From Geosiphon pyriformis uo1 (taxonomy: Eukaryota; Fungi; Glomeromycota), in contig JAAOMT010000400.1 in the NCBI GenBank assembly GCA_016748015.1, positions 62,001 through 126,000 on the forward strand: 64,000 nt of DNA, written 5' to 3'. Numbering within the stretch: position 1 is the stretch's first letter; the number at the start of each line of letters is the position of its first letter. Positions 39,201-50,903 of this stretch are shown piece after piece. The notes under the pieces were generated by a model. The model was not told where the DNA came from and did no database searches. It saw only the letters and a list, made by a program, of their open reading frames with translations. The translations under genes were made by a program, and so were the position numbers.

Positions 39201-42200
39201 AGTTTTTTCTTGCAAACTTAGCATTTTAGCTTTGGTCTGCGTCGCTGGTGGTTTCTTTGTGGACTTACCTGGTTCCATTTGGATCTTTCTTCGCTGGTCC
39301 ACGTTGGTATAGCTGGTAGTCCTGTTCTTTGGTCATCAGCCCAAAAGAGCTGATAGGTTTTAATGGCTGGTAGTGCTGGATTTTCTTCAAATTCAAAGGT
39401 AGGTCTTTGGTTGGTGCTGGGTTTTTGGAAGTGGTCACAGGTGGCTGGAATTCTGGCCTGGTGGCCATTATAATTGATCAGAAGCTCTTAGGTGGTCTAG
39501 TCTAGAGTGGTGTTGGCTTTTGTTAGCCAGTCATTCTCTACTAACGCTTAATATTGTGTAGTATTCATTACTAATACTTTTGTAGGTATTACTCTGCTGT
39601 TAATTTCAAAAGAGAATAAGTTGATTTCGCCATGAAGCAGCTTTGTACTTTCATCAGCTGTTATGATTTGGAACATCACAGCACAATCAACTTTAAAACC
39701 TAGTTGGTTTATTAGTTGAAGCATTACAATGCTTCTAGTGGATCTGCTGTCTAAGATAAGTTTGATTGGGATATTGTTTACAGTGGCTTCTGTATATATA
39801 GCAGTGATTGGACATTTTTTGTTCAATGCTGCTCCACTGAACATAGCCTTGTTTTTCTCTAATTCAAAAGGAAAAATAGCTGCGAGACTACTATCTTCGG
39901 TGGTAACTGCTGGTAGTATTGTCTGGCTCAATTTGTTGGAGAAATTTTTGGTTTTGTTTATGTTTCTACCATTATTGTTTCCGATGATTGGATTTTCCAG
40001 TATATTAAGATAAGTTTGTTGATAATTTTGGTAGTTTGGATTGGTTTGTTAATTGGTTCCAGCATGGTTTGAATTCCTTTAAACCAATGCGTTCTGGTTC
40101 CATATGAGCTGATTTTGGGCCTTGGAATGCCAATATGAGTTGGTTATCATGGGCTGTTGCTGGTAAGTTTCTTGATTTTGATATGTGGTGAGATATTGGT
40201 GTGGTATTAATATATACTGGTTTCTGGACATTTGGGATGGTGCATAGTAATTATTTTCACATGCTTCTTATATCATTCACATTTGACATTAACTAATCAA
40301 ATGTCTTACACATTTGCTAAAATAGCAGGTGCACATTTCTGTTCTGAATTTCTGACACAACGAGCAATTATTTTGACTGTTGCTAACTTCCTGGCTGCGT
40401 CTTTGAGGTGGTTGGTATGTATTTCTTCTCGGATCCAGGATTAGGTAACTTTCTATTTTCTTAGAGAGTTCCTCCCCTAATTGTGTTACTCTTTTCTCTA
40501 ATGTTTCTGTCTTATTTTCCTTCATTACCATGTTAACCATTTGACTATAGTTAGCTTCTTTCTCAGCTGATTCAAGGACTCTGGCGAGTGTAACGGCTTC
40601 TGGTAAGGAATTAGGGTGGGCAGTGCATACTTTTCCTAAAATACTGCTTTTTAATCCTCTAATAAACTGATTTAAAACCTGAGGATCAGTGTAGTATCCT
40701 TGTTCAATTGCTTCAATTTGACGGCAAATTCAATTGAATCAAGCAAGGTATTGGATAACAGTTTCAACAGTATTTTGCTTAATAGTATTGAATTTGTTCT
40801 GTAGTTGGATTATGGCATTTGGGTCGCTAAAATACTCCAGGAGTGCATTTTTAAATTTGGTGAAGCTTGTGAGTTTTGTTTCTAGGCTTTGATATCATGA
40901 GTTAGCTGTGCCTTTTAGGAAGAAAGGTAATGTTTGAATTGCTCTTTGGTCATTCTAGTTATTTGCCTGGATGGTTTTTTGTGCTTTTTTGAGCCACATG
41001 TGTACGTTCATTTTTTCTTCCTCTCCTGAGAAATCTGTTAGTCTTGCAATATATGGTGTGGCCATTTCGTTACCATTTTCTGCTGGTGGGCTTATTGGTC
41101 TAAGAGAAGGTGGGATGATATTTCCTTGAGCGTTCTTGAAGGTGGCTTCCTTTATATCTGGTTCTTCCTCTTGATCACAAGTTTCTTGGTTTTTGGACTG
41201 GCTGCTTGTTCTAGTGACCAGTCTTGTGATTGTTTTTTTGCTGGTCTCTTTTTCAGATTCCAATTCAGACTTCTCTTTACAGTTTTCAAACTTCGTTCCG
41301 AATTTTGGCTGAAAAAGAGGGTTTTAAAATAGTGATGAATATCCTTCTGTAATTGGTATGTCTCTCCAGTTACGTTGTTTAATTTTATCAGTATAACTAA
41401 GAGTTCTTAGTGTTTGTGGAGTTGATATTAATGATGATGCAGCTCCTAATAGAATTTGTATCTTATTTTCTGGTGAAAAATGGTATGATTTATCTTCTGG
41501 TGAATAAATATGTTGTTTTTTTATTGATTGAGTAATAGTTTTCTTTGGTTTTTGAGCAGGTGTTCCTAGTTTTTGCTGGTTACTTTCCTAATTAGTTTCT
41601 GAATTTTTTTTGGTTTTGTTGGCACGTTTCCTAGTGTTTTCTGTGGATATTAGAAAATTTTCGTTGGTGTATTGCTCAATTTCTCGATGGATTTTGACAA
41701 TAGTTGTGGTGTTATAGGTGATTATTTCTGCTGTTGATGTAAATAACAAACCTGTAACTTGGTGCTCAAAAGCTACTTTCGTTGATGCTGTTCTAAAGGT
41801 ATTGTATCTGAAAGTTTTGATGAAGTCCTTTGTATAATGAACAGAGATTCAATAGTGTCGATAGTAGATGTATCTTTCTAAAAGTTTTCCCAATTTCTTT
41901 CTCAGTGTGGTGGCTGGATTTAGTCTGGCAGTCATGCCCTTCTGGTAAACTATCCGATAATATATAAAATCCTACCCTTATTTCTGGGTCTTTTACCAGG
42001 CTATCCTTGACATTAATAACTCAGTGTTTAATCTTTTAATCAATTAATATACACAACAGTCAAATCAAATAAAATAAAGAAAAGAAATAAAAGAAAATAA
42101 AGAAAGAAAAGAAATAAGTCCGGGTGGTTTGGCAGATTAGTATTCTGTCAATAGCCATGATCAAGAGCTATTGTTCCAGTGTGGTTAAGTATCAATTACT

Positions 42201-42551
42201 ATCAACATGAAGTGTTGATAGTGGAGAGTGGATTGAAATATGTAATAATTATTTATTTGATGATTTTGTTTCTTGGCTAAGAATTCTGTGATATCGATTC
42301 TGTTTTTTCTGTTTCTAATACTACTGCTATATATACATAATTGGGATTCTTCAATTCTTCAATTCTTCACGACAGGAATCCTGGAATTTCTGGAATCCTG
42401 CGATTCCTTTGAAAGGAATCCTGGAATTCTGGAATCCTGTAATTTCTAAGAGGAATTCTGAAATTCCACATTTACTATGCTTACTTTTGATTGGCTAATA
42501 GTTATGCTAATATATTTCCTATATTTCTATGAGTAATATTATTCTCTCCTT

Positions 42552-43211
42552 TTAATATTGAGCTCTGTTGAAATCCAACTCATGTAATTCCCCCTCTTGC
42601 AGTATTTCCTGGATTTCGTTTTTGAGAATTACTTGTGTTATTTGGGTCTGTAATTCTTCAAATTAAGCATTGGTGATTTTTCCCCATTGATTACTGGTAA
42701 CCATATCCATTGCTTTGTTGAACAATATTTCTGGTTTATTCTAAAATGCTGTGTGTATTTGGTATATGGCTCAGGCTTGTGTGGATAAGTTGTTCTTTCC
42801 CACAAAATGTTCTAATTGTTGTAGTATTCTTTTGTCAAATAATCGCTTTGTTTTATCTGTATATAGATTCTGGATATTTACGTGTTGTCCCAAGTAAAAA
42901 TAACAATAGTTTTGTGGAAATTGTTGTATCCACCAATTCCAAGTTTCTTTAATCAACTCTTGATATAGTGACTCTTTTGTCAATTCTTTTATTGCTAATT
43001 TTACTTTTACCATGATTTTGTTCACCATATTTTCAGTTTTTTTTGGTGTTTTGAGTTGCAATGTCTTTTTAGTATCTTGATATTGAATAGTTTGTTGATT
43101 GATTGTAATCTCCATTTCCTGGTGTTGAATTAATTGAAAGAGTTGTTGTGCTAGTGTGTGAATGTTGTCTGTAATTTCCATTTTTCTGATATTTCTTGTC
43201 ACATCTACCAT
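42552..43211 (-). pseudogene. ORF3 of C (~220 codons, unknown function)
   Basis: MVDVTRN..FPQNYCYFYLGQHVNIQNLY..LQQLEHFVGK; reads through premature stops to LDFNRAQY* at the PPT. Confidence 0.82.
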
Positions 43212-43235
43212 GTCTTTATATATTCTTTTAATTGA

Positions 43236-44618
43236 TCAATTTAACGTGTTGTTGTTGATAATAATGATTGGTTCCAGATCTCGTAGAATCTCATCTGATC
43301 AGACTAGTATTCTCTGTACTCCTAATTGTAAAATATTATTGGTAAATGGTAGTGTGATGTCGCGATATGACTTCAGTCGATCTCTATGTGCTGCTTTGGT
43401 TAAAATTTTGTTATCCAATCTTAATTTGTAAGCTCCATTTCCTAGAATTTCTTCTATGTGAAATGGTCTGTTCCATTTGGGATCGAATTTTCCACTCCAT
43501 TGTTTTTCCGCTTTGGTATAATGTAGTAATACTTTGTCTCCAATCTTGAATTTAACTGGTTTGTCTGGTAGTTAACTATTGTGTCTTTTTTTCTGTTTTT
43601 TTTGTGACTTTTGAATATTATCAGCTGCTCTTCTTCGTTTGTTTTCCAATGTTTTCATTAAGTTATATGTTCTTCTCAGCAATGTTTCTTGAAAATTTTC
43701 TTCTGTTATTGGTTCAGCTGGATATGTATTAATTTCTCTCTCTACTGATAATATTGCTGTTCTCTTATATACTAATTCAAATAGTATTGCTTGTGTAGTA
43801 TCTTGTTTTATTGTTCAATAAGCAAATAGTACTGATGGTATAAACAAATCCCAATTGTTCTGGTTTTCTTGGCTGAGCTTAGCTATTACTTTACACAGTG
43901 TTCTATTGAATTTTTTTACTAGTCCGTTGGTTTGTGGATGGTATGGTGATGATAATGGTCTCTTGATTCTGAATCTTTAGCTCAATTCTGTTAATGTTCT
44001 GTTTACAAAATGAGTTCCTTGGTCTGATAATAATTCTTTTGGACATCCATGTCGACAAATCAAATCCTAATGAACAAATTTGACAACGGATTCTGCATTC
44101 GCTCTTTGAATTGTTTTTGCCTCTAGCCATTTAGTGAGATAATCCATAGCTACCGTTATGTATCTGTTTCCTCTGCTGGTGATTGTTAATGGTCCGACTC
44201 AATCAATTCCAATACGGTTAAATGGTTGTCCCACTTTGATTGGTCTTAATGGTTTACTGGGTCTTGTTTCTCCTCTTCACTGACAAGCATCACAATTTTA
44301 AACATATTGAATGATGTCTGGGTACATTGATGACCAATAGTATCTCTTTCTGGTTCTTTCCATGGTTGCTTCTTTGTGAAAATATCCTGCTGTTGGATTT
44401 GAGTGCATGTTGAATAATATTGTCTTTTTTTCTGGCTCCGTAATTACTCTAGTTGGTTGATCTGAATCTCTTCTATTTTTTCAATAAAGTATATTTTGGT
44501 GAGTAATAAAATATTTTGATTGTTGTTTGATACTCTTTTGTTCTGTTTAAGATAAATTCTCCTTGAACTGTTGAGTGTTTATATAATGCTGCAATTGTTG
44601 ATATTTTTGTATGTTCAT
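43236..44618 (-). pseudogene. Integrase of C (own ATG after the pol stop)
   Basis: MNIQKYQ..HSNPTAG..CDACQ; RIGID; LLSDQGTHF; PYHPQTNG; RDLEPIII. Confidence 0.92.
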
Positions 44619-44681
44619 TTTTTGTTGTATTTTTCTGTTGGTATTGTTCTGGTTTTGTTATGTTTTTGGGTTGAAATGTTC

Positions 44682-47600
44682 TTAGATTTGCCTCATTTAT
44701 GATAAACTGTCTGCATTTCCATTGTCTTTTCTTTTTTTATAATATATAGTATACTTATATGGTGTGAGTGCCATTTTCTATTTTGACTGTTTTCCATCTC
44801 CAAATTCTTGTTTTTGAAGTGATGTTAATCCTTTGTGATCTGTGTATACCTCAAACTTCTGGCTTAAATATTCTTTCCATTTCATGACTGACCAGTATAT
44901 TGCTAAGTGTTCTTTTTCCAGTGTTCCATAGTTCTTTTCAGCTGGTGTTAAACCTCTGCTGACATATGCCACTGGATGTTCTCTGCCATCTGGTCCTCTC
45001 TGAGATAGTACTGTTCCTAATGCCTGGCCAGATGCATCCATGGTGATGATAAATGGTTTGCTGTGATCTAGATAGATCAGTACTAGAGCTTGTATAAGTT
45101 TTCTTTTTAGAATATCAAAAGCTTCTTGTTAACTTTTAGTCCATTCATATTTTGTATCTTTGTTATGTAGTTGGTTGAGTGGCTGTGCTATCTTGGAAAA
45201 GTTCTTGATAAAACATTGATAGTAGCTGGTGAATCCCAAGAATAATTTCAGTTCTGTCATATTAGTCAGCACTGGAAAGTTCTTTACTATCTCTATTTTC
45301 TCCGGATCTGTTTTGATGCCATCTTTGCTGACTATGTGTTCCAAGAATTTTAGTTCTGTCTTGCCAAAGAAGCACTTTGTTGCATTTAACTTTAATCCTG
45401 CTCTTCTTAGTCTTTCGAACACTTGTTGAAAATGATGAAGATGATCATCAAATGTTTTTGAGAATACATTGGTGTTATCCAAGTATACAACTACTGATTT
45501 CCACAATAAGCCAGTATAAACAATTTTCATTAGCCATTGGAAAATTGCTGGGGCATTGGTTAAACCGAATAGCATCACTTTAAATTCGAAATTCTCTTCT
45601 CTAGTAGTAAATGCCGTCTTCTCTTTGTCAGCTAAATTCATGGCTACTTGTCAGTAACCACTGTTCAAATCTAATGTTGAGAACCATTTGTTCCCACCAA
45701 AAGCGTCGAATAATTCCTGTATTCGTGGAGTTGGGTAACTGTCTCCACGAGTTACATCATTGAGTTTTCTGTAGTCTACACAAAACTGGATTTTTCCATT
45801 CTTCTTATGGACAAGTACCACTGGTGATGACCATGGGCTCATTAATGATTGAATTAGCCCATTATTAAGCATTCTGTTTATCTCTTGACAAATGATCTTG
45901 TGGCTGGCTGGCAGCACTCTGTATGCTCTTTGTTTAATTGGCATTGCATCTCCAGTCTTGATCTGATGCTGGATAATGTCAGTTCGGCCAAACTCATTTT
46001 CACTGGCAAAGATGTCATTGAAATTGTTGAGTAACATCTTGAGCTGCATACATTGGAGTGGATCTAAGTTTCCCATGTTCATTTGTTCCAATTGTTCTGG
46101 TTGAAGCAAATAACATTTGTCTCGTCCATAGATTGTTTGTGATGTGATGTCAACATATCCACAAAGTTGTGGAAAGTTTGGAATGGGGTTTGGTGGTTGG
46201 TCTTCTATTTCTGTGGTTAAATATCTGATGGTGGTTCCTTCTGGTATGTTGATGACATTGCCAGTGTTGTTGTAAATGGGAATTTTTATGCTGCTATAGC
46301 TTTTGGCTGGTATGTAGAGATTGATCAACCCAATCTCTCCTGATTCATAAAGGTTTGCTTCAGCTTCAAAAATTTGTCCTTGCTCCTTTTCTTTCCTTCC
46401 TATTGCTAACATGTACTGGCTATATGGTGGAATGAAAATAGCTTGACTGGTTAAGATAATTTCTCCTTGGCCAACAATTTCTTCCTCTGCCATATTAACT
46501 GATATCTCTATTCTACTTGTTGATTCAAATCCTTGTATTCCTCTTGCTGTTATTTCTAATTCCTTCCTTTTTCCCACTAACACTAACTAAGCTACTCTAA
46601 CCAGAGGCAGAAATATTGCCTGTGCTATCTTTTTGTTGGGCTCTATTATATAGGCCTTTTCTGAGTCATTTTGTAGTATGGTGATGATATTTTCTACATA
46701 TCCCGCATCAATTATTCCTCCTCTTATATTGATCCCTCTTTTCACTAAACTACTTCTAAATGCTAATTGAACCATTGTTGTTGCCGGAATTTCTAGTGCT
46801 ATTTTCAGATCAATGCAGGTGCATGAATGCAGTTCCAATTTGATGGCATCTTTTTCTGGATATCTCAGATCAAACCCTACATCCATATTATGCATGCGTT
46901 CTGGCATAATACCTTCTCCATTGTCACTATATCATTTTAACTCTTGTTTCTTGGAGAGATTTGGTAATGCAATGTATTGTTCATAGTTTAAATCAGAGTT
47001 TGACTCTGAGTTGGAATTAGTATCATTGTTGTCACCATATTGAACAGAGCTGGAACCAGTGTTTTTGTTATTGTTGTTGTCGGAGTTTGAATCAGGATTG
47101 AAAATCAATTCCGATTCTGATGCACATCTGCTGATTGGTTCTTCCTCTTCAGAGATTGTATAAATCATGCGTGGTGGTGGATTGTAAATGAGGTTACATT
47201 CATCACAATACTGGAAATCACAGAGAATTAGGCAGTGTTGACATAGTCGAGCATTCAACTGCTCTAACTATTGTTCTTGTTCTTCCCTTGTGGGTGCTAA
47301 TTCTTGGTAGTGTTCATAGAATTGTTTCAGATCTAGGAGATTTATGATGAGTTCTGTGTCCCAGTCAAGCTCTACAGATTTTGGTGAATTGTCTTTGATT
47401 GTTTTTATTTTCTCAGACGACGCCTTTTCAATTTTGGCAAGTGCCATTTGCCAAATTTCATTGTCATCATGGGACAACTGTCCAGTTGCTGTACAGCTTT
47501 TCTTTAGGCTGCTTCTATTGGAGTTCCTTTCCTTACCCAGTCGCTTATTAGAATTGTGTATTGACACGATATGTCACACGTTCCTCCACATCCCTTCATT

Positions 47601-50600
47601 CAGGAGAGTTTTTCCACAGGCTATACATAACGTATTATCTTATTTTCCTATTTGTTTTGGTCTTCCAAAACGTTTGATATGGCATGTGTGGTAATAGAAC
47701 TTGGTTGCCGTCTGATATTCTTTGTTGTCCCCACAGCATGTGTTCATTGATGACAATTTCTTGCCACAATCAATGCATATCAGTTTGGGTCGGCAAGAGA
47801 TCAATGGTTGTTGTTGACCGTAGGTGTATGGGATATAAGTGTTGTTGACTTGAGTGTTTTCTTCCTTCCTCTCTTTTCCTTTTCCCTTTTCTTCTTTGTT
47901 TTTTTCTCATTCCCAGCTTGAAGTCAGTTCACTTTCGTCATTGTCAGTCCAGATCAAGTCATTGGTTTCCCAGGTAAGTTCTTCTTTTTGTTTTCCTTTT
48001 TCATTGTCGTTGTCATCCCAGGGGAGTATTGGTGGCAGTTCGTTGTGCCCTTTATCAGCCCACAACACTTGGTAGGCTTCCCAAGTAGGTTTCTTTTTCT
48101 TCTCCTCCAGTTTGATCAATAGTTTCTTTCTTGGAGGAGTCTTGAAGTGGCCACATGTGGCCGGTACACGTATGTATTGGCCCTGATATGTTAGCTGAAG
48201 TTCCTGGATGTTCCAGTTTAACGTCATGTTGACTTTAGATAGCCAGTTATTACCAACAAGAGCTTGGTATTGAGTGACTTCTATTACTAGAACTTTAATG
48301 GGAGTTACGATGCCATGGACTTCAAAAGAGAAGTCGTCAATTTTGCCGATTGGAGTTTTGATTGCTCCATCAGCTGTGATGATTCTGGTGCTGGCAGCTC
48401 AATCAACTCGGTGACCTAATTGTTCCATGAGTTGCTGTGTGATAATACTGTCTGCTGAACTGCTGTTAAGGATCAATTTGATGGATTGTCTCTCGACTTT
48501 GGCGTCAGTGTACATTACGGTGATTGGTTTGGCTTCAAGAGTGGCTCCACTAAATAATGGCATTGTAGCTGTTTCCTCAAGTTTGAATGGGAAGATAGCA
48601 GCCAAGAACTTGTCTTCGGTAATGGTAGCAAGTGGGATATTACTAGTGAGTGGTTGTTTTTGGGTGAATGCCAGGTTATTGGTTGAGGCATCTTCTGGGG
48701 TAACCAGGAGACTTAAATAGTTCTGGGAATTTGGGTTTTGGGTTTGACTGGTACCCAAATTCTGCTGGTGTAATCCAGATGATTGCTGTAAAGAACTGAG
48801 AATTGGTTGATGGACTACCATTGCCGATCTCCAGCTCTGTTGAGTTATTTTTGGTCTTTGGGTTCTGTTGGGTGGTAAGCTTTGGGGCGGTGTTTGGATT
48901 TGTTGGAGTTGATAGATTATTTGTGGCTGCAGTTGTTGATAAATCACTTGTGGCTGTGGTTGATAGATTGGAGCTTGGTACACCGGAGACTGATAGATGG
49001 ATGACTGCATTACTGGTAGGTAAGCGGATTGGTTTTGATTTGGGTATTGATTCGGAGTTTGGAACTGGTAATTGGGGTTTTGATATTGATTTCCTGATCA
49101 TTGGTTATTTAAATACTGGTGACAGTCAATTTGGATGTGTCCTTGTTTACCACAATAGTGGCAGATATGTGTTTCTTGTTGCCACTATTGATTGGTCACT
49201 GAAAATAGACGTGGCTAATTTTGGGCACGATTAGAGTTTCCTTGATTATTGCATCATTGTGAAGGCTGATAAATGGTGTGATTGTCAGCTAAATATTCTT
49301 CCAATCTCTTATTAATTGATGCATTAAACTTCTCCAATTTGAAATCCAATTCAGATGATCCGTTCATTACTAGATTAACAGCTTGGGTGTGGTTAGCCTC
49401 TGGCTCAGTAGATTCAAAATTTTTGGCATGTGTAATTGTGTCTTGAAGAGTACCTGGATGCAATAGACGTACATGTTGCAAAATGCTGCTGCACAGGCCA
49501 CAGATAAACTGATTGAGTATCTGTGGTGCTGTGAAATAGTTGGTGTCAATTGCTTGAATTTGGCATAGGTTTCGATAGAAGCGTCCCAGGTAAGTGGTGA
49601 CTGCTTCAGTTTCTCCTTGTTTTATGGTGGTGAATGTATTGACTAGGCAATTGATACTGTTATTGTTGCTGAAGTATCTTAGGAATTCCACTTTGAAGGC
49701 ATTAAAATCTTGTGGTTTATTAATCAAGCTCTGATACCATAAATTGGCAGTATCCTTGAGAAAGTAGGGAATGGCTTGCATTGCTCGAGCATTATTCCAT
49801 CCGTTGGCTGCAATGGCCTTTTTTATATCATTCAGCCATACTTGAGTGTCATCCTCTTCACCAATAAAGTTGTCAAGTTTTGCGATTGGTGCATAGGCCA
49901 TTGGATCTAAGTTAGGTGGTTGGAGTGATAGTTAAAGTGGCTGCTGTATGGGTTCGGCTATGGGATTAATCAGCAGTTGATCGATGATGATTACTGGAGG
50001 TAAGTTTTGCTGATTAATTAATTTGGGGTTTGGATTGTTCTGCCTTTAATGATTTGGAGTTTCGATTTCTGAATTTTCTAGATCTGGATTTTGCTGAGTT
50101 TGAAAATTTGGGATTTCAACTTTCAGGTTTTCAGTGATCAGGTGCTGGTAAGTGAATTCTTGATCCTCTGATTCTTCTTCCTCTTTTTCTGATTCTGCTG
50201 CTTCCCATGGATCAAAGATTCTGAAATTTGGTGAAGGTGGTAGTGATTGAAGTCCTGATGGGGTTGATGATTGCGAATTAAATCCTTCAAAGTATTCGTC
50301 ATATGGTCCTAACAATTCTGTTTTTCTTTGTCTACTTTGGAATGAGAATTGTCCAAATGCTGATGTCATGGTTGATGGGAATATGTCTGTTGATGATATG
50401 TTGATGGCACTTCCAAATGTATAGTGATAGGATGGGTTGCTTGGAGATTCGACTCTGTTTTTCTTCCAAGCAGGTGGCTGTATTTTTCTGGGTGTTACTG
50501 CTGGTGTTTGTAATTTTCCCTTGTCTTTACTAGTGTATGTAATTGGATATCTTTGTTGAGTGTAATGTTCAATTTTTTTGTTGATCTTAGTGATAATGGA

Positions 50601-50843
50601 TGTGAAATTATGATTTGTTGGTAGGTTGGTGTTTTGAATTAATTCCTTATAAAAAGTTTCTCTTGCTGATTCAGTATTCACTGGTGTTCCTAATAAAAAG
50701 AAAATCTTTTCATTGACGTAGAAATTGAAGGCTGATTCGGCAGATATATGATTGTGGTTTAATCCCAAGTATTGACAATAATGTTGAAATAAGGATTTTG
50801 CGAATCCTAAATGGTTTGCTCCTATATTTTCTGATTCTGCCAC
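44682..50843 (-). pseudogene. gag-PR-ZnF-dUTPase-RT-RNaseH of C, one frame (~2050 codons) with point-mutation stops
   Basis: Listed ORF fragments from 50843 to 45041 are all in one frame; CHYCGKQGHIQIDC; dUTPase GFDL, RSS, GGIIDAGY, IAQ, RGIQGFES; RT and RH motifs. Confidence 0.94.
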
Positions 50844-50885
50844 TTTTAGTTTGGTGTTGTCAGTGCTGGTTCTCTGTAGGATTAT

Positions 50886-50903
50886 ACCTCACAGGGAGCA
50901 CCA
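50886..50903 (-). promoter_or_regulatory. Primer-binding site TGGTGCTCCCTGTGAGGT (shared by A, B and C)
   Basis: Starts 2 nt after the 5' LTR; complementary to a tRNA end CCUCACAGGGAGCA-CCA, resembling elongator tRNA-Met or tRNA-Ile(UAU) ends. Identity not certain. Confidence 0.85.

Noticed and set aside
48676-49101. Overlapping S/T-rich ORF suggesting a gag-pol frameshift
   Set aside because: gag and protease of C are in one frame; the alternate frame is a by-product of Gln/Pro-rich codons.
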